The notes below the pieces were generated by a model. The model was not told the origin of the DNA and made no database searches. It saw only the letters and a program-made list of their open reading frames with translations. From Callorhinchus milii (lineage: Eukaryota), in the NCBI RefSeq assembly GCF_018977255.1, contig NW_024704742.1:68264001-68328000 (forward strand): 64,000 nt of DNA, written 5' to 3'. A program made the position numbers and the translations under genes. Positions 49,685-62,162 of the stretch are shown here, one piece after another; position 1 is the first letter of the stretch, and the number at the start of each line of letters is the position of its first letter.

Positions 49685-49930
49685 AAAACAAAAACAGAAG
49701 TCGCTGGGAGCACTCAGCAGGTCAGGCAGCATCTATGGAGAGAGGAAAGTGAGTCAATGTTTCGGGTCCACGATCATTCGTCAGAACTGGCAAATTGGCT
49801 GCCATGTTCTGATGAAGGGTTGTGGTCCCGAAACATTGACTCACTTTCCTCTCTCCATAGATGCTACTTGACCTGCTTCTGTGACTTCTGTTTTTGTTTT
49901 TAGAATTCCAGCATCTGCAGTATTTTGCAT
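49685..49930. mobile_element. Palindromic Penelope-like element with two inverted hammerhead-ribozyme cores
   Basis: Arms ~49685-49792 and ~49800-49900 are reverse complements. CTGATGA...GAAA at 49809-49833 (+); CTGACGA...GAAA at 49760-49784 (-). Confidence 0.72.
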
Positions 49931-51034
49931 TTTATTTGTCTATCTATTTGTCTGTCTGCCTCTTGTTCTCTCCCCCTCTTTGTATTTCCCTCCCCCCCTG
50001 TCTATCTCTCACTCGCACTCTCTGTCTCTGCCTTTGTCTCGTCTGTCTCTCTATACCTCGGCCTCTCTAACTCCCTCCCCTTCTCTCTACTCATCCATGC
50101 TACCACTTGTAGGTCATTGAACTTTAAAATAGTAAACATAAGTTGGTCAAAACTTTCTTCAAAACAAACAAACATGCTAAATTTTCTCCTGTGCTACTTA
50201 AATATGTATTTTTCTTCAGATTCGAAGTGTCCTGTTGAGTTGGTTATTAACAAGATCCAGTGATACTATTTGAGAAGGGAGTTTCTCTCCTAGTGTCCTG
50301 GTCAATAATCCCCCAAATAAAATTGGGCACTCATTCCATGACAGGTTGTTGAACACTGTGTGCAAATTGGCTGCCACATTTGCCCATAAAATACACAGTC
50401 ACTACACTTTACAGTGAAATCCTATGAACAGCTTTAAGATGGCTTCCCAATGTAAAAGGCTTTAGTAAATGGAATATTATTACTGCTGTGTCCAAATTGA
50501 CCGCTCCGTTCATCTACAAATACACAGTCACTGGACATTTAAGGTGATCTTGAAGTTTTAGGTGCTGAATCAAATGCAAATTTTTTTATTAAAAGGGAAT
50601 AGGACGCTAAAAGTTATAATATTTAGAAGCTTTTGCAATACTTGACATACCAGTGTGAAGTTAAAGGCTTTTTCCCCCTGAAAGTCCACAAGTCCACCCA
50701 CAAAATTCACAGTCACTGCACTTTACAATACAAAATTTACATTTATAAAGCGCCATTCACCTCTGCAGGACGTGTCAAAGCCTTTCATGATGCTGTGGTA
50801 AATGGTTAATTATTATTGCTGTGTGCAAACTGTGTGGATTATTGAATCCTGTGAAGCACTTTGAGGTGTCTTGACGACATGATAAGGCACTGGATAAAAT
50901 GTAAGGATTATTAGATGATATAAAAGAGTATATTCTGATACAGCAGTGCATTCTAATATAATTCAGATAATTTTGTTCAGCTGAGATCTGGATTTCTATT
51001 TTGCACAGGATATTTCAGTTATAACTCATAGCAA

Positions 51035-51295
51035 CTATTTGCATTTATATAGTACCCCTCATGCAGCGTAGCAACCCAGAGCGCTTGACAGTGGCAGAGC
51101 ACAACGCCAAGCCAGGGGAGGGGAGAGGTGAAGAGGAAGGTCTTTAGCTACGACCTGAAGGTGTGGAAGGAGGGGGCAAGTTGGAGTGATTGAGGGAGAG
51201 AATGCCAGAGTTCCGGGGTGTGAAGGCTGAAAGCATGGCCGACAATGGTGAGGTGGAGGGAACAAGGGACAAGCAAGAGGCCGGAGCCAGTGTCG
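51035..51295 (-). mobile_element. L2 3' fragment upstream of the vasotocin promoter
   Basis: ttgcatttatatag tail in reverse; GHAFSLHTPELWHSLP remnant. Confidence 0.75.
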
Positions 51296-51902
51296 TATAT
51301 TTTTAAACTACCCAAGGGCGGAGGACAGACACAATAAAATGCAGGAGACGCAATAAAAGCTGAGAGTTTTGTAAACTCAATCAACATTCTCGAGGAGATT
51401 CATGCATTTCCCAAGGTTATGTGTTAACATAACGTTGGGAGTGCACAAATGGTTTAGAAAGAAGATATCTTTTGTTCCCTATACACACAAACACACACAC
51501 ACATGCACAGCTGTATTTTGTGTGATTCATTCGCTCGCTCAGATTGCAAAGAACAGTTGAAGCCACTGGGAGCACAGAATTAGAAGCGTTTATGGGGAAA
51601 TAGGGTTGATCGATGGACTCTCTACCTGCTCGTATCTTCTCCCCAGCATAGATGAGCACACAGAATGATGCCCTCTGTGCAGTTCTGGCTCATTTTGGTC
51701 TAACCTTCCCCTCGAAGAGCTGCCAAACTTTTGCATGACTTGCAATAAGTTTTTGTAATAACGATAATAACTTTAAAAAAAGTCCCCAAGATGTGATGTT
51801 TGAATGGAAAAGCTGGAACGTGCTTAGCAATCGAATGGTGTCATTAAAATCAGCATTTCAAAAAAAATTGAATTTATGCAGAGATGAATTGGTAGAAACT
51901 AA

Positions 51903-51938
51903 TGACGTCTATGCCAGAATTACTTGAGAGTATAAATA
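51903..51938 (+). promoter_or_regulatory. Vasotocin core promoter: CRE-like TGACGTCT (51903-51910) and TATA box TATAAATA (51931-51938)
   Basis: The TATA box starts 64 nt before the ATG; the CRE is a 7/8 match. Confidence 0.75.
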
Positions 51939-51994
51939 AGGATCTGGTCTGTTTCAGTTACCAGTACAAAGCGCAATATTTGTACGTTACCAGC

Positions 51995-52114
51995 ATGCCT
52001 GAACTCTCTCTCCCTCTTTGGCTGCTTTGCCTTCTCGCCTTCTCTTCAGCTTGTTACATCCAAAACTGCCCCAGAGGAGGCAGGAGATCAGCGATGGAGG
52101 TGACCATGAGGCAG
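51995..52114 (+). CDS. AVT: Arginine-vasotocin precursor exon 1: signal peptide (19 aa), CYIQNCPRG (52052-52078), GRR (52079-52087), neurophysin 1-9
   Basis: [40 protein letters not shown]; donor CAG|gtaagg. Ile3/Arg8 defines vasotocin (AVP orthologue). Confidence 0.97.
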
Positions 52115-52700
52115 GTAAGGAGGGTAAAGCTTCCACTCGGAGTGAGTATTATTTTAAATCTACCATTTTCATTGTCTGATAAAGGACTCGAGATTCTTAA
52201 ATTAATCCCTCAAAAAAAATGTGGTCACTCAATCCACAACTGTTCATGGGACACTGCTGTGCGTAATTGGCTGCCGGGTTTTGCTCACAAATATAGTCAG
52301 TTCACTTTACAGTCTATTCTGTGAAGCGCTTTGAGACGTCTAGAAGACATGAAATGTGCTATATCAATTGCAAGGATTATTATTATTAACACCCCTCTCT
52401 GGATCGAAACTCTGAGTGTCCAGTGCCTTGGGATGTCCTCCCAACGTGAAAGGCGCTATACAAATGTAATTTTGTTGTTGTTGTTGATTGTATTTAAGAA
52501 GTAGAAATCTTCCAAACTTTCTCACACCCTTGAAAGTTTATGGATGAGATTTATTTCTTTTTTGTGAGGTTGGGGTTTGGTTGGAGTTGTTGAATCAGTT
52601 CTAGGCAGATTTACAATCAGACACTGTTTTTTTACACACACTACCCACCCCACCCTCGCTCCCCCTCACCCCCCCACACACACAGCACTCCCAAGGTACT

Positions 52701-53500
52701 GGCTTAGCTCAGTTTGGCTCTCTTGCCTTTGAGTCAGAAGGTTGTAGGTTCAAACCTCCATGTTGGGACTTTGACCTCACTGTCTAGGCTGACATAATGC
52801 TGGGAGGGGGGAGGGAGTTCTGCATTGTTGAAGGTGCCGTACTTCAGATGAGAGATTAAACCCCATCTGCCCATTCAGGTGGACGTTAAAGATCCCATCA
52901 CACTATTCAAAAAGAGAAAGGAGTTTCTCTCTTCCAGTGTCCTGGCCAAAAATCCCTCAAATAAAATGAGTCATTCTGACTTGAAATGTGATGTATGAAT
53001 GTAAACTGTGTTGAAGAATTCAAGTTTCTCACAGGACTCGCCCTTTATTCGCTTTGTTCTTTCTTCTACAATTGTTCAGGGGATTGCAGTAGCGTTTTGG
53101 CCAGTTGTTCAATTTATATGAGTTCAGCAGTATGCTGTTTGACTTTCAGCCTGGCTCAGTCGGTAGCTCTTACCTCTGAGTCAGAAGGTTGTGGGTTCAA
53201 GGCCTGCATCAACTGACAGTCCAGTACAGTGTTAGGGTGCACTGGATTGTTGGAGGTTTCGTCTCTCAGATGAGACTTTGAACCAACCTGTTCAGCAAGA
53301 CGTTAAAGTTCCTGTGGCACTGCTCGAAAGACAGAAAGGAGTTTCTCCCGGTGTCCTGGCTGACAATCCCCCAAATAAAATGGGTTATTAACTCCTTGAC
53401 TCTTTTGTGGGACATGGATTAATGCAAATTGGCGACCTGATTCAAATGTAATGATTATTATTTTTACTTGCCTACAATATACACAGTGGCTACACTTAAG
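52701..53500 (+). mobile_element. Two SINE family A copies in vasotocin intron 1 (~52701-52970, ~53148-53500)
   Basis: tRNA-like heads ggctcagtcggtagc...gggttcaag and Deu-type bodies. Confidence 0.75.
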
Positions 53501-53929
53501 AGTGTGCAATTTATTCATATACAAAGTCTCCAGCACTGCAATCTTTATATCTACCTTCATACTCCACAAGTCTTCACAGGGCTCCATAATTCAAGTACTG
53601 TGCATCTAGACCCCAGTGGGATTTCTCTCCAGAGCTGAGCAGCTAAGTAATGTGAATCAAATGAAAGATCAGTTTAAACTCTAGCGAGACACTATCTAGA
53701 AATCAGAAGATAAAGTAGATTACTGGCAATAACAAAGGCAAATGCTGAATATTCACAGCTGGATATTCGAGCACCAGAAAGCGAAGGGTTAAGGTTTCTG
53801 GTTGGAAACCCTGCCTTTTCTCTTCCTTAGGTGAAACCATTTGCAATGACCAGGCGTGAGTGGCTACAGCTATCAGGAAGTATTGCACAGGTTAGAGCTT
53901 TTCCCTTTGGAGGTGAGACCATCAGGAGG

Positions 53930-54190
53930 GGAATCAGATCAAGGTGTTTAAGGTTATGAAAGGATTTGATAAAGTGGATGTTGATAGACTGTTTCCACTT
54001 GTTGGTGAGTCCAAAATTAGAGGGTATCAATTCTAAGACAGCCAGTAGCAGATCTAACAGGGAGTTTAGGAGGAACGCCTTCATGCAGAAGGTGGTGAGA
54101 ATATGGAGCTCGCTGCAGGAAGCTGTGATTGAAGCTTAAAGCATCAATGCATTTAAGAAGAAACTTCATACATGCATGAAGAAGAAGAAG
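53930..54190 (+). mobile_element. CR1 3' fragment in vasotocin intron 1
   Basis: gtttaaggttatgaaaggatttgata...ctgtttccacttgttggtgagtcc...ggtggtgagaatatggagctcgc. Confidence 0.65.
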
Positions 54191-55342
54191 GGAATCACCA
54201 AGGGGAAAAGGAGTGGTGCAAGCTTGTTCACAGGTGTAGCATTTGAGGTGAGACATAAAGTCAGAAAGAGTGGTAGAGGAAGGGGGTTCCAGCGGTTACG
54301 GGTGTAATTCTACTAATAATATAATAATACAACAACAACAACAACAAGATTCCATTTATAGAGCGCCTTTCACGTCAGGAGGACGTCCCAAGGCGCTGAA
54401 TAATAATAATTATAATAATAATAATAATAATAATCATCCTTACATTTGATATAGCACCTTCACAGGATATACTGTAAAGTGGATTGACTGTATTTTGTTG
54501 GCGAAACATAGCAGCCATTTTTGCGCACAGCAATATCCCACAAACAGTAATGAAGTGAGTGACCAACTTTATTTGGGGGTTTGTTGGCCAGGACACCAGG
54601 AGAAACGCCCTTCTCAAATAATGCCTTGGGATCTTTGTACGTCCACCTGAACAGGCAGATGGGATCTCGGTTTCAAACATTGCAACCCCTCCCCCCTCCC
54701 CACCCGCCAGCACGGCATCGGAGTATTAGCTGAGACTATGTGATTCCAAGTCCCAACGGGACGTTCGAACCACAACCTTCTTACTCAGAGACAAGAACAC
54801 TACCAATGAGCCGGTCTCAACCTTCAGTTCCAACATTGCATGCAAATTATAGTCATTGCACTTTACAGAAAATCCCTGGAAGTGAGACAGCCTCCTGACA
54901 TGAAAAGCACTGGATATAATTATATATAATTATAGAATAATAATCCTTGCATTTGACATAGAGCCTTATCACGTCGTTTAGATAACAACAACTTGCATTT
55001 ATACAGTGCCCTTCACACACAATTGAACACAGCAGTGTCCCACAAATGGTCTGGATTGAGTGACCAAATTATTATTATTTGAATTTTTTTGAAGGGATTA
55101 TTACCACTGGAAAAGTGATCCACCAATCAACTAACAACCGGGTTCCCACTTACTGCTAGGTAAACAGGCGTGTGGAGTAAGGAAAATTGCCTAAGATTTC
55201 GTTTCATCCAGTAATCGAACCCGAGTCCGCTTGCTTGCGAGGTGAATGCAATAACCACTACAATACAGGACTCCACAGTTAGAACAAAACTTTCTTCACA
55301 AAGAACTTAACAATCCACCCCCTCCCCGCTCTTCTGTTCCAG

Positions 55343-55547
55343 TGTTTGCCGTGTGGCCCGGACAACAGGGGCCGCTGCTTCGGGCCCCGCATTTGCTGCG
55401 GTCGGGACATTGGCTGCTACGTGGGGACGGCGGAGACGCTGGGATGTCGGGGGGAGGATTACCTGCCATCCCCGTGTGAACCCGCGGGAAGGCCCTGCGG
55501 CTCAGAGCGCGGCAAGTGTGCCTCACCGGGAATCTGCTGTGATGATG
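55343..55547 (+). CDS. AVT: Vasotocin precursor exon 2 (neurophysin core)
   Basis: gttccag acceptor; [68 protein letters not shown]; donor ATG|gtaaaa; 205 nt, phase 0/1. Confidence 0.97.
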
Positions 55548-56189
55548 GTAAAATCCCCATTACTTTGCAATTACCTCACAAAACACAAACCTTGGTCATC
55601 AGCCAGCCTCAGTCAGTCACCATTCTCACCTCCGAGTCAAGAAGGTTGTGGGTTCAAACCCCATGTTAGTACTTGGAATCATATAGTCCAAGATTACACT
55701 CCAATCAATGCTGGGGGTGTGTTGCACTGTCAGAGTTGCTGTCCTTCGGATGAGACGTTAAACCAAGGTTCTGTCTACCTGTATACCTGGACGTTAACAT
55801 CCTATGGCACTATTTGAAAAGAGAAGGGAGTTTCTCCCATTGTCCGTCCCCATGTAGCAGCCCACAGCAAATGCGGGGCCAGAACAAGCACCCAAATAAA
55901 ATTAGTCACTCACTGCCTCAATCCTTCCATCTTGCCCCTTCCTTGTCCATGCGAAGCGAAGTCCTTATTAACATTTTGCATAGAAAGCAAACAGGATATT
56001 GACGACTTAAGCGATATTGAAGAGTTAAGCCTGGGTCGAGTTTACTGTGAATGGAAGTTTTTGTTGTTGTTGTCATTCACTCCATGGCTGTTTGTGGGAT
56101 GTTAATATGCACAAATTGGCTGCATTATTGGCAAATTTCTCTTGGTTTGCACCTTAAATAGTACAGAATTGTGGAAAATCCTTAATTGA

Positions 56190-56595
56190 TTTTTTTTTTT
56201 GGTCAGCTGGGATATATGCGGAAACCCATCACCATGCTTAAGAGTATCCCAACCAAACCGAGAATTTCATGCATCCCACCTACACATGGAAATCCCAGAA
56301 ATAACTTGTTGGAATGGAAAGCGCACTCTCTCCCTGGAGGGACACATCCTGCTTACCTAATTCCAGAAAGTATTAGGCGCAGGTTGGCAAGAGCCAAGGC
56401 TTGGGGACCCCAGAATGTGTGTTGGGGTAATTGCTGGAGTCTAACCAGCTAAAATCACATAGCTTGCCATTGATATCGCTGACTGGCAAGCTTTCCCACT
56501 GCTTGTACAGCTAGGATCACCCTACTCATTAGGGCTTTGGCTTGCAGGGTTAACACGGGTCGAGTAAGAGGATTCCCTGGCCACAGTGACTGGTC
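56190..56595 (-). mobile_element. Family C repeat in vasotocin intron 2 (one of the longest copies)
   Basis: T11 then ggtcagctggg...; aligns to the other copies. Confidence 0.75.
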
Positions 56596-56848
56596 AAATA
56601 ATAATAATAATAATCATCCTCCTTGCATTAGATATAGCATCTTATCACACCACCACACGGCTGTTTACCTAGCAGTAAGTAAGAATCGAGTTTTTAGTTA
56701 TTTACTGTGAAGTGCAGTGACTGTGTAAAACAAGCACGGCAGCCAATTTGCACACAGTCAGTGTCCCACAGACAGCCACGAATTTGCAAGCTACTTTTTC
56801 TTATTGTGCATCAGTAATGTCTTGACTATTTTTCTTCCTGCCTTTCAG

Positions 56849-57015
56849 AGAGCTGCACAGTGGACTCTGTGTGCTCGGAGAATGAGAACGAAGGGATACA
56901 CTTTAACGTGGGAAGAAACTTGACCCATACAGACAGTGCTGCCACCAACCTCCTCATAAGATTAATGCTCTTGTCCAAAGGCAACCCCAAAGAAGTACCA
57001 GGCGGTATCAAATAA
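56849..57015 (+). CDS. AVT: Vasotocin precursor exon 3 (neurophysin end and copeptin); spliced CDS 492 nt = 163 aa
   Basis: cctttcag acceptor; ESCTVDSVCSENENEGIHFNVGRNLTHTDSAATNLLIRLMLLSKGNPKEVPGGIK*; NLT sequon and Leu-rich core. Not in the ORF track; read manually. Confidence 0.93.
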
Positions 57016-57051
57016 TACACTGCAGGCACGATCTTTAATGCTGTCTTTGAA

Positions 57052-57057
57052 AATAAA
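57052..57057 (+). terminator. Vasotocin polyadenylation signal
   Basis: AATAAA starting 37 nt after the stop, with GT/T-rich sequence downstream. Confidence 0.75.
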
Positions 57058-58464
57058 ACGTACAATAGGAAAAGAGCATGTTTTGGAGAGGGTGTTTTAT
57101 ATGGTTTCTGTATTAATCAGCGAGACGTAAAGCAATGCATGCTATTCCATAACCCACAACAACATCAACAACTTGCACTTATAATTTTGTATCAGTAACT
57201 TACTATAAGTCTCAGAGAGTGTTATAACAAAGTTCTTCTTTGATGACATATCCTGGGGTGTTAAACTGAATATTTATAGAATTAAGGAATCTTACAGCAC
57301 AGAAGGAAGCCATTCGGTCCACTGTGCCTGTGCCGGCTCTTTGAAAGAGCTACCGACCAGTCCCACTCCTCCACTCTTATCCCAGAGCCCCTTTTCAAAT
57401 GCTGAGAGTTACTAATTATACATTGTGTCAAATTAAGATTTTGGTTTGTTTCCTAAACTCTTAATTTTTAAAAATATATTTCAAAATAAAAGTGCAAGTC
57501 AAATCTTCCCACTGTTGAATAGCTCATCAAAGAGGCATTTAAGCAAGCATGTGTACATTTACAGCCCAAATAAAATATTTTATTGCTTAACATAACTGCA
57601 GTCTGGCATTGTCTTTTGTGGATTTATTTCCGTGTGCAAAAATCAGATCAGTGACAACTCTCGCCCACGCAAGAACTTTCACTGAGGAAAACGGTTCAAA
57701 GCAACAGTGGGGATACAACAGCTTGTATTCAACCTTCACTCAATCCACAACTGTTTGTGGGACACTGCTGTGCGCAATTGGCTGCTGTGTTTCGTCTACA
57801 AAATATACAGTCAATTCACTTTACAGTATATTCTGTGAAGCACTTTGAGATGTCTCAACAACGTGATAAGGCGCTATATTAAGTGCAAGAATTATTATAT
57901 AATTATACACACATGGTAATGTCCTAGAACGCTGTCTAACGGCGGGGTTGGATACTGACCATGGGGGAGAGGGAGATAACTACAATAATAGTAATAAATC
58001 GTGCATTTGATATAGTGCCTTAGTATGTTGTTGAGCTATCTCAAAGCACTTCACAGGATAGACTAAAGTTGACTGACTGCTTGTATTTTGTGGGTGAATG
58101 CAGCAACCAATTTGCACACAGCAATGTCCCACAAACAGCCATGAAGTGCAATCAAAGAGATAAGTGTTAAGGTGGGATTTAAAGAGGGACAAGACAGAGG
58201 GAGATTAAGGCAGAGAGTTCCAGAGGTTAGTGGTTGAAGGTACGTCACCGATGGTAGCTTGGGAATGTGCCAGTAGCTCTGTGCCAGCTGAGCCAAGGAG
58301 GCGGGCAGAGGAGTGGGATACATTTACATTCGTACAGCACCTGCCATTGTCAGGAGAATGTCTCAAAGCGCTTGGCAATTCTGGCTGAGCACCTGAGCCA
58401 GGAATGGGAGACAAGTGCCTTGGGATGTCCTCCCGACTTGAAAGGCATTGAGTCAACAACAATA

Positions 58465-58745
58465 ACACCTTGCATTTATATAGCACCCTTCACGCGGGCA
58501 GAGTGTCGAAGCGCTTAACAGTAGTGGAGCCTGATGCCGAGCCGGGGGGAGGGAGGAGGTGACCATAAGCACGGTCGAAGAGGAAGGTCTTCAGTCATGA
58601 TCTAAAAGAGGGGAGAGAGGGGGCAAGGTGGAGGGATTGAGGGAGAGAGCTTTAAAGCTTCAGAGGATGATGGCTGAAAGTGCGAGCACTGATGGTGGAG
58701 AGGAGGGGACGAGGGACAAGCCTAGGAGACTAGAGTCGACGGGAG
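58465..58745 (-). mobile_element. L2 3' fragment
   Basis: cttgcatttatatagcacccttcacg tail in reverse. Confidence 0.7.
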
Positions 58746-61700
58746 TGGGGAGGGTTAAAGATAACTGAAAGCGCGGTCAAAGAGCTAAGTTTTGAGACAA
58801 ACCTTGAAAGAAGGGAGGGAGGGATTGAGTCGGATAGGCTCGAGGATGGGGTTGCAGAGAATGAGTAGGGAGACAAGGAGTGGAGGTTGAGGATGTTGAC
58901 CACAGAAAAGTCTGCATTTAAGAATTTACCAAATTCTGCACTCTCAGAAATGTTAAATCCGAGTAGAGTAAAACTACACCCAGGTGGAATTTATAAACAA
59001 CAGTATTTAAAGATGGTTTTAAAGCAGAGAGAGAGAGTGCAAGACAAAAACATTTTAAGCAATAACAATCCTTACATTTGATATCGTGCTACAACATGTT
59101 GTCACAGCGCTTCGCATGATTTTTACTGTAAAGTTTAGTGAGTGTGACCCTGTAGGTGAGCGATTTTAAAATACTTCCAGAGGGTGAGGATACTATGGGT
59201 GAAAGGTCAGCCACCAATGGTGGGATTGGGAGTGGTTGGGATGAAGAAAGGTGAATTGAGAAGTGAAGGAGTGCAGTGTATGGGCTGGAAATTACAGAGT
59301 GGGACAAGGTCATGAAGGTACTTAAAGATCTGCTCCAGGTCCAAGAGATAGGTTCACTAAATGTTAGTATCTGAATGTATATTTAGTTCAATTTCTTCTT
59401 TTTGCACAATATAAGTGTTTTAGCTTGGCTCAGTTGGTAGCCCTCTCACCTATGAGTCAGAAGGTTGTGGGTTCAAGCCCCACATCGGGACTTGGAACTC
59501 ATATAGTCTAGGTTTACACTCCAGTACCGTGCTGGGGTTGTACTGTGTTGTCGGAGATGCCGTCATTCAGATGAAAAATTCAATGGAGAACAATCTCACT
59601 ACCCTCTGCGTGAAGAGGTTCCTTCTGAAATTTTAAGGCAAAATGGCTAAAACTAGATGGAATTACAGTGCTCAGGGTGAGCTGGCAAGTGAGCACATTA
59701 TGAGATGTGATCACATTGACATTGGCGTGATCATTAATCAGGAGCTGGTTCTTCTTGGATTACAGCTATCACCATTTTTTTAATGAAAATCTGAATAACA
59801 ATGATAATCCTTGCATTTAATACAGCACCTTATCATGTCTTCGAGTAATCTCAAAGCGCTTCACAGGATACATTGTAATGTGAGTTGACTATGTATTTTG
59901 TGGGTAAAATGTGGCAGCCAATTGCACACAGCAGTGTCCCACAAACAGTTGTGGATTGAGTGACCACATTATTAAATATATAATTTGAAGGAGGGCAGAA
60001 CCAGGCTGAAAGAGTGATAGCGGCGACAGCCAATGAGAAGAGCAGCAGCTGATCTGGAGGCACGCAGAGCTTAAATTATAATAACAATCCTTAGATATGA
60101 TATAATGCCTTTCACGTCGGGAGGAGGTAAAGAGGATTAATGAGGCAAATTTTGACTCTGTGTTTTGTGGGCGAACGCGACAGCCAATCTGGGCATGGCA
60201 ATGTCCCACAAACAGCCATGGAGTGAATGAACAATTTTACGTTAAGGGTTGTTTGCCAGTTTACCAGGAGAAACTCTTTTCTCATTTCTAATAATGTCAT
60301 TTTTTTGGTCACCCAGATCTTGAGGTAACCTATCACCATGCTCAAACACATCCAAAACTCTGACCCGCATTCTCACCCACACCAAACTCTGCACACTCAT
60401 CACTCCAGTCCTCAACAGTCTCCATTGGATCTTTGTCTCCCAGTGGATCAATTTCAAGGCTCTGAGCACCGTCACCTATAAATGTCTTGGAAAAATCTAT
60501 TTGATTGCTTTTCCGGGTGTATTTAATACAAAATTATAATAATTGCTTACTCAATCCACAACTGTAAGTGCTGGAGTTTAACCAGCTAAAACTGCACAGC
60601 TTGTCATTGAGGGAACTGGCAAGCTTCCTGCTGCTTGTCCTCAGAGGTGAGAGCACTACCAACTGAGCCAGTCTACCCTTAATGCTCTTACTTCCAAAGT
60701 AAATAGCTTTTAAACATCCCGGTTAACATTGCTTTTAGAACCTTCTGGGGGAATGCATTCCACTTCTCTATATCTCTCTCAATCGCTCTCTCTTAAATTT
60801 TTCAGATTTCTCTGAACAAACAAATTCAATGAAAGCCATTGTCTTTCAAGCAAAAAAATAAATCTGCTGCTGGTGGCAAATATAACAGTAACCAAAAATA
60901 AATGTTGGAACCTAATCCACGACTGTTTATGGGACACTGCTGTGCACAATTGGCTGCCGTGTTTCCTCTACAAAATATACAGTCAATCCACTTTACAATG
61001 TATTCTGTGAAGTGCTTTGAGATGTTTCAACGACGTGATAAGTCACTATATCAATGCAAGGATTATTATTATTTATATTATTCATGTTGGAAGGAATTTT
61101 CAAAGTGCTTCACAGGATATACTGCAAAGTGGAGTTGTATGTTGTGGGTGAACACAGCAGCCAATTTGCACACAGCAATGTCTCACAAACAGCCATGAAG
61201 TGAGGACTTTCAATTTTAATCGGGGGAATTTTGGCCAGGACTCCGAGAGAGAGAAACTCCCTTCTCTTTTCGAGTAGCAGTTTGACGTGTCCCACAACCA
61301 ATCATAAATAGAACGACTGATTTTAGCGGGGGGAACTGTTGGCCAGGACACGAGAGGAATTTTGGTTAAAAAAAAGCCATTAGGTAAAAGAATGTGACAG
61401 GATTTGCAGGCAAGTATGAATGCCTGTTTTTAGCCCATGGTTTTATTAATTTAATTCATTTGGATCTGATTATGCACAGTAGGTACATTTCCCTTCCTTT
61501 CACAGGCATGACACTGACGCACACCCAGCACTGGCTAATGCATATGTAGGAGAATGGTCATGGTGACTAATCAGCAGCTAACTCAAAGCTATTTATGCTC
61601 TTTCACGTCTGGGGTCTCGGGATCAAATGAATCGCGTAAAATACATTACAGCACAAGATTACACTTATACAGAGCCTTTCACGTCAGGAGGATGTCCCAA

Positions 61701-62162
61701 GGGCACTCAACAATTTTAGCTTGGAACCTGAGCTGGGAGCCCAGGTCAAAAAGTAACAGTCGAAGATGGACTGACTTAGACTTGTGCAAATGTTCGGGAG
61801 TTGCTGCTTGACAGCCCATGGGCCACCTTTCCTGGTAACCCTGTTCCATTTGTTAATTACATCCTGGAAAAGAAAACCTTCCTGGTGTCTTTACAACCCT
61901 AAACCTGTATCCCCTTGTTTTACTGTCTTTATGCATCCTAAAGTATTGTTACTTTCCCAATCCAATTTAAAATGTTATACACCTCTATTGGCCGAAGCAG
62001 CCCTTTTATGTCAAGGTCACCAAAACCACAGAGATTTACAAAAGATGAATTAGCACAGAAACAGACCAGTCGACCAACCAATCCATGCCGGTGTTTACAC
62101 TCCACATGAATTTTTACCCATATTGTATTGCAAAGACCTTTAGTACTACAAGAGAGTATCGT

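Noticed and set aside
51902..51994. N-terminal extension of vasotocin, with TSMPEL appearing twice
   Set aside because: The upstream ATGs lie 5' of the TATA box and overlap the CRE; DNA similarity between the two TSMPEL stretches is low, so probably coincidence
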